DNA of 64,000 bases from Bythopirellula sp. (GTDB taxonomy: Bacteria > Planctomycetota > Planctomycetia > Pirellulales > Lacipirellulaceae), in contig OZ244170.1 in the NCBI GenBank assembly GCA_965216565.1, forward strand, positions 1,024,001 to 1,088,000, written 5' to 3'. The position numbers and the translations under genes were made by a program. Positions 31,438 to 40,485 of the stretch are shown here, piece by piece (position 1 is the first letter of the stretch; each line of letters begins with the position of its first letter). The notes under the pieces were generated by a model. It was not told the DNA's origin and searched no databases. It was given only the letters and a program-made list of their open reading frames with translations.

Positions 31438-31453
31438 AGTGCGTTTTCGCACA
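31438..31453. promoter_or_regulatory. Candidate enhancer (UAS), copy 3
   Basis: AGTGCG-TTTT-CGCACA. Confidence 0.55.
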
Positions 31454-31516
31454 CCCGCACACATCCAGGGAATCTCGACGCCGGGCAGAATCTGTTTCAT
31501 CCGTAGGGTAGGACTT

Positions 31517-31532
31517 TGGCACAACCCTTGCG
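31517..31532 (+). promoter_or_regulatory. sigma54 -24/-12 promoter
   Basis: TGGCAC-AACCC-TTGCG. Confidence 0.85.
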
Positions 31533-31584
31533 GGTTTTCTCGCGCTGTTAGCCAGATTGCTCGTATTTCGGGAGTAATGATTCC

Positions 31585-32031
31585 ATGTCCAAAACCAATA
31601 GAGACTCTTCGCTTGCAGAACTCATGAAATCCGAGCACGAGGAAATTGCTCGTGAAGTACAAGCGACCCGAGAAGAACTTGAATCAGCCAGCTGCCAGAG
31701 AAACTGTATTAATGACCAGCTGATTCAACTGTCCGAGCTGATCGAGTCCCACTTCAGGCACGAAGAGCAAGGAGGCTACATGGCCGAGGCACTGGTACGG
31801 GCACCTCAACTGCGTCCCCGGGCAGAGGCCCTTCAAAAACAGCATGAGCAGCTTCAAGAAGCAATCGACAAATTGCAACTCTTAGTGAATTCCGGAGTTG
31901 AATCAGCTTCTTGGTGGGACCAAATCCGCAACGATTTTCAACATTTTGCATCACAGTTGACAGAACACGAACACTGCGAAACAAAGCTCGTGCAAGAGGC
32001 TTACAACTTGGACATAGGGGGTGGAGACTAG
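31585..32031 (+). CDS. Hemerythrin (HHE) domain protein
   Basis: EH, HFRHEE, QH and HEHCE spacing of an HHE cation-binding four-helix bundle. Confidence 0.85.
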   Translation: MSKTNRDSSLAELMKSEHEEIAREVQATREELESASCQRNCINDQLIQLSELIESHFRHEEQGGYMAEALVRAPQLRPRAEALQKQHEQLQEAIDKLQLLVNSGVESASWWDQIRNDFQHFASQLTEHEHCETKLVQEAYNLDIGGGD

Positions 32032-32230
32032 CATGACAACTATGTGCCTTTGCCAGCTCTATTTAGCCTGGAGCAGAATCGGAACAAGGAATAGGGGACA
32101 ATGAGCCGTCTTACCTCTGTTGCCCAGTCCAAGCAAACACAACCGAGTTGCTTGCCGATGCTCTGCGCTCTGTCCCACACCTCCGTACTTGTATCTCTAA
32201 AGAGGTCTCTAATACTTTGACAAAAGGAGG

Positions 32231-32800
32231 ATGAATCCCATGATCGACTACTCAACCATTCGCGTCTCAAAACTTCAGCAACTCTGCAAGGCTGGGGCAA
32301 TCAACTTGATCGACGTCCGGACACCAGTAGAGTTCCGAGAGATTCATACTGATTGCGCGCGCAATGTTCCCTTGGACAAACTATCAAGAGAATTATCTAG
32401 CAGTCTATGGAACGGCACGCACGCCCAGCCGCTTTATGTCATGTGCAACAGCGGAAATCGCTCGGCGAAGGCCTGCCAAGAACTTGCTAGTGCCGGTCGT
32501 GAGGACGTCTTCGACGTAGAAGGTGGCTTACAGGCGTGGATTGATACTGGACTTCCAGTGATTCGTGGCAAGAAGGCAGTCTCGCTGGAGAGACAAGTTC
32601 GAATTGTTGCCGGAGCCATTGTGCTGGTGGGAGCAATTCTGGCGATGGCCGTTCATCCCTACTTCGCCGGCATATCGGCTTTTGTAGGTGCTGGCCTCAT
32701 GTTCGCCGGGATTACCGACACCTGTGGCATGGCAATGATGCTGGCCAAAATGCCCTGGAATCAAGTGACAGATGAGACACCCACATGCTCTGTTGATTGA
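32231..32800 (+). CDS. Rhodanese-DUF2892 membrane sulfurtransferase (YgaP-like)
   Basis: IDVRTPVEF, CNSGNRS, SLERQVRIVAG and FAGITDTCGMAMMLAKMPWN. Confidence 0.92.
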   Translation: MNPMIDYSTIRVSKLQQLCKAGAINLIDVRTPVEFREIHTDCARNVPLDKLSRELSSSLWNGTHAQPLYVMCNSGNRSAKACQELASAGREDVFDVEGGLQAWIDTGLPVIRGKKAVSLERQVRIVAGAIVLVGAILAMAVHPYFAGISAFVGAGLMFAGITDTCGMAMMLAKMPWNQVTDETPTCSVD

Positions 32801-32812
32801 TGGGATGAGACA

Positions 32813-33703
32813 ATGCCGCTAGTCATATTCGGAGCCCTAATCGTTGGCCTAACCCTCGGTATGCTTGGCTCAGGAGGATCAGCCATTACTGTTCCCGTGT
32901 TGATTTACATTGTTGGGCATGGAACAAAGGAAGCCATTACTGAATCGATGGCCATTGTGGGCCTGATATCGCTTGCTGCAGCGTTGCCCTATGCCCGTTC
33001 GCATCAGGTCGACTGGAGGACAGCCTTGTTCTTTGGACTACCCGGCGTGTTGGGGACTTTACTTGGAGCTTGGCTGGGAGGTCTTTCGCCAGACGCGTTG
33101 CAACTGGTCGTCTTCGGAATTGTGCTACTGCTGGCAGCTGGAGTCATGTTCATTCAGCCGCACAGTGCGAAATCGCACACTCACGTGGCAAGTAGCGAGC
33201 AGAAGGGCACAGCTGTACTGAAAATTGGTATTGAGGGAACGACCGTAGGCATTGTTACCGGTTTCGTTGGTGTTGGTGGCGGATTCTTGATTGTTCCTGC
33301 ACTGGTCCTATTAGGCAAATTACCAATGCGTCGGGCAATTGGTACCAGTCTGGTGATTATTGCAGCCAAAGCCGCCTTGGGCTTTGCCAAGTATGAGCTA
33401 CATCTTCTCGACAACAATCTTACAGCCGACTTTGGCACAGTTTTAGCTTTTGTAGTACTAGGAATCTTCGGAAGTGTGATCGGCCGTTCGATCAACGTAA
33501 GAATGAATCAACAAACACTGCATAGAGCGTTTGCATCCTTTTTAATTCTCCTAGGTGGTTTTGTGATTGTAAATGAAGGCAGCAAACTGATTGCGACTTA
33601 CCCAACTGATCAACCAGTACGACAAAGCCAATCAACAAAACAAACTATGGATATCACAGCACATGTAGCGGAGAAGAATGATGTTTCTCAAATACTTCTA
33701 TGA
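32813..33703 (+). CDS. TauE/SafE sulfite exporter family protein
   Basis: LGSGGSAITVP, GVGGGFLIVPAL and AIGTSL. Confidence 0.92.
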   Translation: MPLVIFGALIVGLTLGMLGSGGSAITVPVLIYIVGHGTKEAITESMAIVGLISLAAALPYARSHQVDWRTALFFGLPGVLGTLLGAWLGGLSPDALQLVVFGIVLLLAAGVMFIQPHSAKSHTHVASSEQKGTAVLKIGIEGTTVGIVTGFVGVGGGFLIVPALVLLGKLPMRRAIGTSLVIIAAKAALGFAKYELHLLDNNLTADFGTVLAFVVLGIFGSVIGRSINVRMNQQTLHRAFASFLILLGGFVIVNEGSKLIATYPTDQPVRQSQSTKQTMDITAHVAEKNDVSQILL

Positions 33704-35108
33704 CGACGCCCTGGCCCACGCTTCCTATATGGTTGGCTGCCAGCAAAGCCAGGTAGCCATCGTCGTCGATCCAGGACGAGACATCGAGCAATACCTCGCC
33801 ATGGCCAACCGCGAGCAAGTAACACTTGTGGCGGTTGCTGAAACACATATCCACGCCGACTTTGTCTCAGGCGCACTTGAGCTAGCCGATCGGGTCGGAG
33901 CGAAGCTTTACCTGTCCGATGCAGGACCGTCTGAATGGAAATACCAATTTGCTGATGACTACGAACATCAGTTGATCGTAGATGGAGATTCATTCGCCGT
34001 CGGCAAAATCAAGTTCGATGTCATGCACACACCTGGGCATACTCCTGAGAGTCTTTCATTCTTGCTCACAGATTTGGGAGGTGGTGCCGACGTGCCGATG
34101 GGAATTTTCACCGGGGACTTTGTTTTCGTCGGTTCCATTGGCCGACCCGACCTACTAGAAGAGGCAGCCGGCATCGAAAACACTGCTGAACCAGGTGCTA
34201 GAGACCTGTTCCATTCGTTGCATCGTTTTAAGCAATTGCCAGACTTCCTGCAGATATGGCCCGCCCACGGCGCCGGCAGTGCTTGCGGTAAAGGCCTGGG
34301 AGCTATCCCATCGTCGACAGTGGGCTACGAAAAGTTGTTCAACCCCGCCTTTCAATTCGAGGACGAAGACCAGTTTGTTCAATACATTCTCGACGATCAG
34401 CCAGAAGCCCCCAAGTACTTTGCCCTGATGAAGCAAGTGAATAAGGAAGGACCACAAATCCTCGGAGTGATCGGCCTACCGGAGAGGTTGGACTCTGGCA
34501 CGCTTCATTCGCTTCCAACAGGGGTAACCCTTCTCGATCTATCGCCCTCAGGTCAGTTTGCCAAAGGCCATGTACCAGGCTCCATCAACATTCCCTTGTC
34601 GATGCTAGCCGCCTGGGCTGGTTGGATTGTGAATTACGAGAAGCCAGTTTACCTCATCTCTTCCTGCAACCAGTTATCAGATGCAATGCGCATCCTCTGG
34701 AAGATCGGCTTGGAAAGTGTGGCGGGCGTGTTCGATATAGAGGTTCTGAGAAGATGCGGACTGACGACTCAATGCTATGAATCAGCCCTGCCGGAACAAT
34801 TGGCACCACGTATCAGATCGGGAGACCTAGTATTGCTAGATGTTCGTTCCGATGCTGAATGGCAGAGCAGTCAGATTCCCTGTGCCGAGCATCACTTTCT
34901 TGGTCGACTGCCTGAGCGTGTAGGTGTGCTGAGAAAAGACAAAGCCTATGTCACCCAATGCCAAAGCTCTGCACGATCGGCAATTGCAGCGAGCATACTC
35001 CAAGCCGAAGATTTCCGAGTCATCGACATGAGTGGAGGCTTGGCGGAGTGGCATGTAGCCGGTTTGCCAATTAGCACGGAAGAAAACGTAATACCATGTG
35101 GCACATGA
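33678..35108 (+). CDS. MBL-fold persulfide dioxygenase-rhodanese fusion (CstB/Blh-like)
   Basis: ETHIHADF, HTPGHTPE and PAHGAGSACG, then two rhodanese domains (CQSSARS). Confidence 0.9.
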   Translation: MMFLKYFYDDALAHASYMVGCQQSQVAIVVDPGRDIEQYLAMANREQVTLVAVAETHIHADFVSGALELADRVGAKLYLSDAGPSEWKYQFADDYEHQLIVDGDSFAVGKIKFDVMHTPGHTPESLSFLLTDLGGGADVPMGIFTGDFVFVGSIGRPDLLEEAAGIENTAEPGARDLFHSLHRFKQLPDFLQIWPAHGAGSACGKGLGAIPSSTVGYEKLFNPAFQFEDEDQFVQYILDDQPEAPKYFALMKQVNKEGPQILGVIGLPERLDSGTLHSLPTGVTLLDLSPSGQFAKGHVPGSINIPLSMLAAWAGWIVNYEKPVYLISSCNQLSDAMRILWKIGLESVAGVFDIEVLRRCGLTTQCYESALPEQLAPRIRSGDLVLLDVRSDAEWQSSQIPCAEHHFLGRLPERVGVLRKDKAYVTQCQSSARSAIAASILQAEDFRVIDMSGGLAEWHVAGLPISTEENVIPCGT

Positions 35109-35173
35109 TTCTCCACTTACCTGGATAGTTTGTAAGAGTTTTCAGCACCCAACTACTTTGTAAGGAAAAAGCG

Positions 35174-36772
35174 ATGGCCAGCAGAATTGACCTCACCCAG
35201 TATGGCATCCACGTTGAAAATATTCGCCGCAACCTTGCACCTGCAGTTCTCAACGAGCACGGTGTCCTCTTCGATCAATCGCAACTAACCGATTGCGGTG
35301 CGATTGCCACCGACTCAGGAGACAAGAAAGGTCGGAGCCCTAAAGACAAGAGGATTGTCGAAGAATTAAGCAACAAGGACGACATCTGGTGGGGGGATGT
35401 TAACATTCCACTGTCCGAAGAATCTTTTGCCAAGAATCGAGATATTGCGATCAGGTATCTCAACTCCTGCGACCGTCTCTATGTGATGGACGGATTTGCC
35501 GGTTGGGACAGCAAACATCAAATCAAAGTGCGGATTATCTGTTCGAGACCATATCACGCACTATTCATGAACAACATGTTGATTCGGCCAAACCGCCACG
35601 AGTTGGAGAGTTTTGGAGAACCTGATTTCGTAGTCTTCAACGCTGGAAAAGCAGAGGCAGATTCGAAGGTGAATGGGGTCGAAACCAAAACCAGTGTTGC
35701 TCTCAACTTTGGTAGCGGAGAGTTTGTAATATTGGGATCACAGTATGCAGGTGAAATGAAAAAGGGTGTATTCACCATCATGAATTACCTGATGCCCAAA
35801 CGAGATGTGCTATCGATGCATTGTTCGGCGAATCAAGGCCCGCATGGCGACGTGACGCTCTTCTTCGGTTTGTCAGGAACTGGCAAGACGACTCTCTCGG
35901 CCGACCCAGACCGCGATTTGATCGGCGACGATGAACACTGCTGGACCGAGGATGGTATCTTCAACATTGAAGGTGGGTGTTATGCCAAGTGCATCGACCT
36001 CAATGCCCGCGACGAGCCGGAAATTTACTCAGCCATCCGCTATGGAGCTGTATTAGAAAATGTGGTGCTTAATGCACAGACTCGGAAAGTCGATTACCAA
36101 GATGCGTCGAAGACACAAAACACGCGTGCAAGCTACCCAATCGAGTTCATCCCGCACGCCAAGATCCCCTGCATGGGAGGGCATCCTCAGAACATCGTTT
36201 TCCTAACTTGCGATGCGTTCGGAGTTCTTCCGCCCGTCTCGCGATTAACGCCGGAGCAGGCGATGTATCACTTCATCAGTGGCTATACTGCTAAAGTTGC
36301 TGGCACGGAAGTGGGCGTGACAGAACCCGAAGCAACTTTCTCCGCGTGTTTCGGGGCACCTTTTCTGGTTTGGCATCCTGCCAAGTATGCCGAATTGCTT
36401 GCGGCCAAGATGCGTGCTCATCACGCGGACGCCTGGTTGGTCAATACCGGATGGACCGGCGGTGCCTACGGCAATGGGCATCGGATAAGCATTAAGCACA
36501 CCCGGTCGATCATTCGCGCAATTCATAGTGGCCATCTTCGGGAAAGTGATTTTGCAACCGATCCCGTTTTCGGCCTCCAGATTCCTACGCTAGTACCACA
36601 TGTGCCCAGGGAAATCCTAATTCCCAGAACCACGTGGTCTAGTCCCGATGCATTTGACGAAACCTCAGCAAGACTATCCAGATTATTCTGTGAAAACTTT
36701 GAAATGTTCGCGGATGGTGCCGACGAATCGGTTCGCGATGCGGGGCCAGTGATGGCAGTCGCAAGTAGCTAG
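35174..36772 (+). CDS. pckA: Phosphoenolpyruvate carboxykinase (ATP)
   Basis: GRSPKDK, YAGEMKKG, GLSGTGKTTLS, IGDDEH and NIEGGCYAK. Confidence 0.97.
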   Translation: MASRIDLTQYGIHVENIRRNLAPAVLNEHGVLFDQSQLTDCGAIATDSGDKKGRSPKDKRIVEELSNKDDIWWGDVNIPLSEESFAKNRDIAIRYLNSCDRLYVMDGFAGWDSKHQIKVRIICSRPYHALFMNNMLIRPNRHELESFGEPDFVVFNAGKAEADSKVNGVETKTSVALNFGSGEFVILGSQYAGEMKKGVFTIMNYLMPKRDVLSMHCSANQGPHGDVTLFFGLSGTGKTTLSADPDRDLIGDDEHCWTEDGIFNIEGGCYAKCIDLNARDEPEIYSAIRYGAVLENVVLNAQTRKVDYQDASKTQNTRASYPIEFIPHAKIPCMGGHPQNIVFLTCDAFGVLPPVSRLTPEQAMYHFISGYTAKVAGTEVGVTEPEATFSACFGAPFLVWHPAKYAELLAAKMRAHHADAWLVNTGWTGGAYGNGHRISIKHTRSIIRAIHSGHLRESDFATDPVFGLQIPTLVPHVPREILIPRTTWSSPDAFDETSARLSRLFCENFEMFADGADESVRDAGPVMAVASS

Positions 36773-36847
36773 AGTGATCTGAACCTATTAGAGGCAAGGA
36801 GAGTATCCTTTAGTATTCAATCAGATAATCAGGTTAGAAGCTTTCCG

Positions 36848-37699
36848 ATGCCAAGAAAGAAATCCTCTCGCAAGAAGACCTCGCCAAAAGTGAGCTGCAA
36901 GTACACTGTTCACCTGATAGCAGCGGCAGCAGGGGAACTTCTGCACGGGTTGGCAAACGTTGCAATCACTCAGTTCCCTGATATTCAATTTCAAGTTGTC
37001 TTACACTCATTGCAAGACACCATCGAAAAGCTCGAGTCAACGCTAGCAAAGATCGCGGGAGACGAGTCGATTGTTTTACATGCCCTGGCCGATGAATCAG
37101 CAAAACATGCCGTCCGCGAGAAATGCGTGGCCCGACGCATTCCGCAATTTGATGCAACCGGTGAGCTGATGAGATTCTTTTCGAGATGTGTGGGTGCACT
37201 CCCTCGAAACGATGTTTCACGCTTGCACAGAATCGACTCGCATTACACCAAGCGCATCGCTGCGATGGAATTCACAATGGAGCATGACGACAGCCTAGGG
37301 CTAAAGTCACTCAAGGAGGCAGATGTCGTTATTTTAGGTGTTAGTCGTGTGAGCAAAACTCCAGTTGCACTCTACCTTGGCTCAAGGGGATACAAAGTTG
37401 CCAACGTATCGCTGACTCCCGAATGTGGCATCCCCAAGGAACTTGCAAGGCTTTCTAAGAAGAGGGTCGTGGCATTTACTATGCAACCCAAAAGGTTACA
37501 ACAGATTCGCAATGAACGAGCCAACAGTATTGGTCTTAAAAACACTGCCTATAATGATTTGCGGAGCATCACTCATGAGTTAATGGACGTAGAAACGGAG
37601 TACAAAAGTCGTGGTTTCGAGGTTATCGACGTGACGAATCTTACAATAGAACAAACGGCCGCAAAGATCATAAACTTAATTGATTCCAAACACAGATGA
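36848..37699 (+). CDS. PPDK/PEPS regulatory protein (DUF299 kinase/pyrophosphorylase)
   Basis: RIAAMEFTMEHDD, ADVVILGVSRVSKTP and IDVTNLTIEQTA. Confidence 0.88.
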   Translation: MPRKKSSRKKTSPKVSCKYTVHLIAAAAGELLHGLANVAITQFPDIQFQVVLHSLQDTIEKLESTLAKIAGDESIVLHALADESAKHAVREKCVARRIPQFDATGELMRFFSRCVGALPRNDVSRLHRIDSHYTKRIAAMEFTMEHDDSLGLKSLKEADVVILGVSRVSKTPVALYLGSRGYKVANVSLTPECGIPKELARLSKKRVVAFTMQPKRLQQIRNERANSIGLKNTAYNDLRSITHELMDVETEYKSRGFEVIDVTNLTIEQTAAKIINLIDSKHR

Positions 37700-37720
37700 A
37701 TTCATGAGCTTACAGCATTG

Positions 37721-37750
37721 TGACCTGCCCCGAATAGTGACTCCAGTGTT
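37721..37750 (+). mobile_element. Isolated IS3-family terminal repeat
   Basis: TGACCTGCCCCGAAT resembles TGACCTTCCCCCGAAT at 53688; lies at the module junction. Confidence 0.5.
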
Positions 37751-37822
37751 CAAGTTGCGTTATGGATTGTTAGCCGCCTAGTACTGTGAAACTGTGAATA
37801 GTTCAGTAAGCAGGCTCCTCAG

Positions 37823-38503
37823 TTAGATACGTGTCCGATTGCGAATTAGAGAGAAGATGACCGAAACGATTACTCCCAACGACATGACCTTAGGCTCAGG
37901 AATAGGAGTAACGAAAGTTCTGAATCCTCTGTCCTGGTGCTCACGAGGGTTTAAGCCTGTGTCGAACTGATGATGGAAATAAAAAGCTTGGCCGCCTTCG
38001 TAGCTAGAATTCGTCGTAGACCAAAAGTATCGCGCTCCGTATCGAGTTGTCTTTGCTGAAAGAACTATTGCAAGCTGCTGCCCCAGACTTACTTCAAAAC
38101 TTTGGTCCCCAAGCTCGACCCCCGTGAATAGTGTAGTTAGAGGAGAATACGGAACTTCAAATGGTAAGAGTTCGACTTTAGCCAAAATATCTTCTGACTT
38201 GGTGATCGGATGCCCGAACTGGTCTGTTGCTACGATTTCGATTTCCAATGGCACGCTCGGTGCGAGAGAGTCTGTTCGAGATAACTGCAATTCAATGCGG
38301 TTTAGCGTTCCCGATGCGTCGGATGTGAAAGTTTGCCCGAGCGTAACGATTCTGGATACTGGAGAACCGCCTATTACCGGGATTGCCATGAAATCGTTGT
38401 CCACGACACGAGTGTCGGATGCTACTACGTTCGCGCAAGTGAGAAGCACTCCCGATGTCAAGCAGGCTCGTATAGCTATCGCAAGTGTTTGAGCCCTACT
38501 CAA
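37823..38503 (-). CDS. PEP-CTERM sorting-domain protein
   Basis: Signal peptide; ends IPEP, transmembrane helix, RNRTR. Confidence 0.8.
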   Translation of the reverse strand: MSRAQTLAIAIRACLTSGVLLTCANVVASDTRVVDNDFMAIPVIGGSPVSRIVTLGQTFTSDASGTLNRIELQLSRTDSLAPSVPLEIEIVATDQFGHPITKSEDILAKVELLPFEVPYSPLTTLFTGVELGDQSFEVSLGQQLAIVLSAKTTRYGARYFWSTTNSSYEGGQAFYFHHQFDTGLNPREHQDRGFRTFVTPIPEPKVMSLGVIVSVIFSLIRNRTRI

Positions 38504-39051
38504 GAGTCGTTGTTCCTATGCCAAGAGTTCTGGTTCACAACTAAATTGTGTTGCTACGATTATATAGCTACGAAGCAAACTCTACAAAGCCCGCCAATCC
38601 CCACTCGGCCTCTCTCTTAGTAAAACTAACCCTCAGGGGCGTTTGTTAGTATGCTTAGAACGATGAAGCCGATGCGTGTTAGGCATTGCCCAAAAACTGC
38701 TTTGGCGTGCTCAGCCGGAACAGGTTCGGAAATTGCCGTTTCTCGCTTCGGTCGAAATCACCGAGGCAAGTTACGATGAGTTGACATTGGGTAGAACAAG
38801 TTGGTGCCATCAGGCTTTCCCGAGCCGACTTGTCCTTTTTCAACCACTTTGCATGCCATCGAATTGACAGCAAGATTGTCCCTCGATTGGTAGTCCTTTG
38901 TCTCCAAAGCGACGTTAAGGGCAAGACTCTATGAATCGCATACCAGCTTAGAAGAAATTCACCGCTGCGAGTTAGCGTGTTTCAGCAAAACGCGTCGGGT
39001 TATTCCACTTCGATCAATTCGGCATAATTCTAATCCAATAGTTCTGGAGGA

Positions 39052-40485
39052 TTAGTTGCCGCGTTTTCGAAGCTGATCCTCCATCTTTACTATGCTGCTC
39101 ACATGATCATCTGCTAGAGACTGAAGGCGGGCAATTATCTCGGGATGTCTATCTGACAGGTTGTGACGCTCTTCTGGATCGGAATCCAAGTGGTACAGTT
39201 TGGGAGTATTGGGCTTTCGCTTGTTTTCACCAATTCCATAGCAACCTTCGGTGATGAAATGGGCCTTCCAGGGACCTGAGCGAACTGCATAGAGTTCTTC
39301 CTCACGCCAGTAGAACATCTCCAGACGCGGGCTGGCTGAATTGGCATCTGTCAGAATGCCTGAGAGATCGTAGCCATCAAGGGTTCGGTCGTCGGGAAGT
39401 TCGACCCCCGCCGACGCGCAAAACGTTGGAAGCAGATCCAGCGTGGATCCCATTTGCGACTGGACGGCCGGCTTGAGGTTGTCCGGCCACCAGAAAATGG
39501 CTGGCACTCGCATGCCACCTTCGAAGGTAGTTCCTTTGCCCTGCCGCAGATGTCCAGCAGAACCTCCATGGGGACCCATCGACAGCCAAGGGCCGTTGTC
39601 GGACGTGAACACAACAAGCGTATTCTCAGCAATCCCAAGGTCTTGCAACTTCTGTAAAATCTCTCCGACGCCTGCGTCGATTTCGGAAACCACGTCGCCG
39701 TACAATCCCCTGCGACTAGAGCCGAGAAACTCCTCGCCGGCAAAGAGAGGGACATGAGGTAAATTGTGCGCGAGGTAGACGAAAAAATGTTCGTCTTGGT
39801 TTTTTACGATAAAGTCAATCGTGGCCTGGGTATACCTTTTGGTGATGGTACGCTGGTCGGCTGGGCTCTCGATCATCTCCTTGTCGTGAAGTATGGGGAC
39901 CTGATACTGCTCGATCGTAGCCTGAAAGTTGGCATTGCCGTGGGCCTGTTTCTTGTAGGATAGGTAGCCCTCTTGCTTGTCCATGTCATTGGAGTAGGGG
40001 ATGCCCCAGTATGTATCGAAGCCATGTTCGGTCGGGAGAAACTCCGGCAAATGTCCCAAGTGCCATTTCCCGATGGCTGCAGTGGCATAACCTGCAGTCT
40101 GAAGTAGCTCGGCGAGAGTCACTTCGCTGGCGGGCAGTCCTCCCAGAGAATCGGGGAAGAAAACTCGCTTGGTGACAGACATCAGTCCATTGCGAATCGG
40201 GTACCTTCCGGTCAGTAGCGCGGCTCGGCTAGGCGTGCATACACTTGCTCCCACATAGAAGTTCGTCCACTTCTGTCCCTCTGCCGCCATGCGATCGAGG
40301 TGGGGCGTCTCGATTGTAGGGTGTCCGAAACAGCCGAGATCGCCATAGCCCAGATCGTCGCAAAAGATGACCACAAAATTTGGCTTCTCCGCAGCCATGC
40401 CAGGTTTGCAATAGGCCAGACAGACAAGTGCGAGAATCAGTTGCGAGAGATGTGTTACCAGCCAGGTGATTTGGGTCGTGTTCAA
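39052..40485 (-). CDS. Sulfatase (S1, arylsulfatase A-like)
   Basis: DDLGYGD, CTPSRAALLTGR, GKWHLG and SDNGPW; TTG start at 40485 overlaps the upstream stop (ORF track extends to 40656). Confidence 0.93.
   Translation of the reverse strand: MNTTQITWLVTHLSQLILALVCLAYCKPGMAAEKPNFVVIFCDDLGYGDLGCFGHPTIETPHLDRMAAEGQKWTNFYVGASVCTPSRAALLTGRYPIRNGLMSVTKRVFFPDSLGGLPASEVTLAELLQTAGYATAAIGKWHLGHLPEFLPTEHGFDTYWGIPYSNDMDKQEGYLSYKKQAHGNANFQATIEQYQVPILHDKEMIESPADQRTITKRYTQATIDFIVKNQDEHFFVYLAHNLPHVPLFAGEEFLGSSRRGLYGDVVSEIDAGVGEILQKLQDLGIAENTLVVFTSDNGPWLSMGPHGGSAGHLRQGKGTTFEGGMRVPAIFWWPDNLKPAVQSQMGSTLDLLPTFCASAGVELPDDRTLDGYDLSGILTDANSASPRLEMFYWREEELYAVRSGPWKAHFITEGCYGIGENKRKPNTPKLYHLDSDPEERHNLSDRHPEIIARLQSLADDHVSSIVKMEDQLRKRGN

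Noticed and set aside
38600..39050. Short ORFs as a transposase remnant
   Set aside because: No motif or terminal repeat could be assigned
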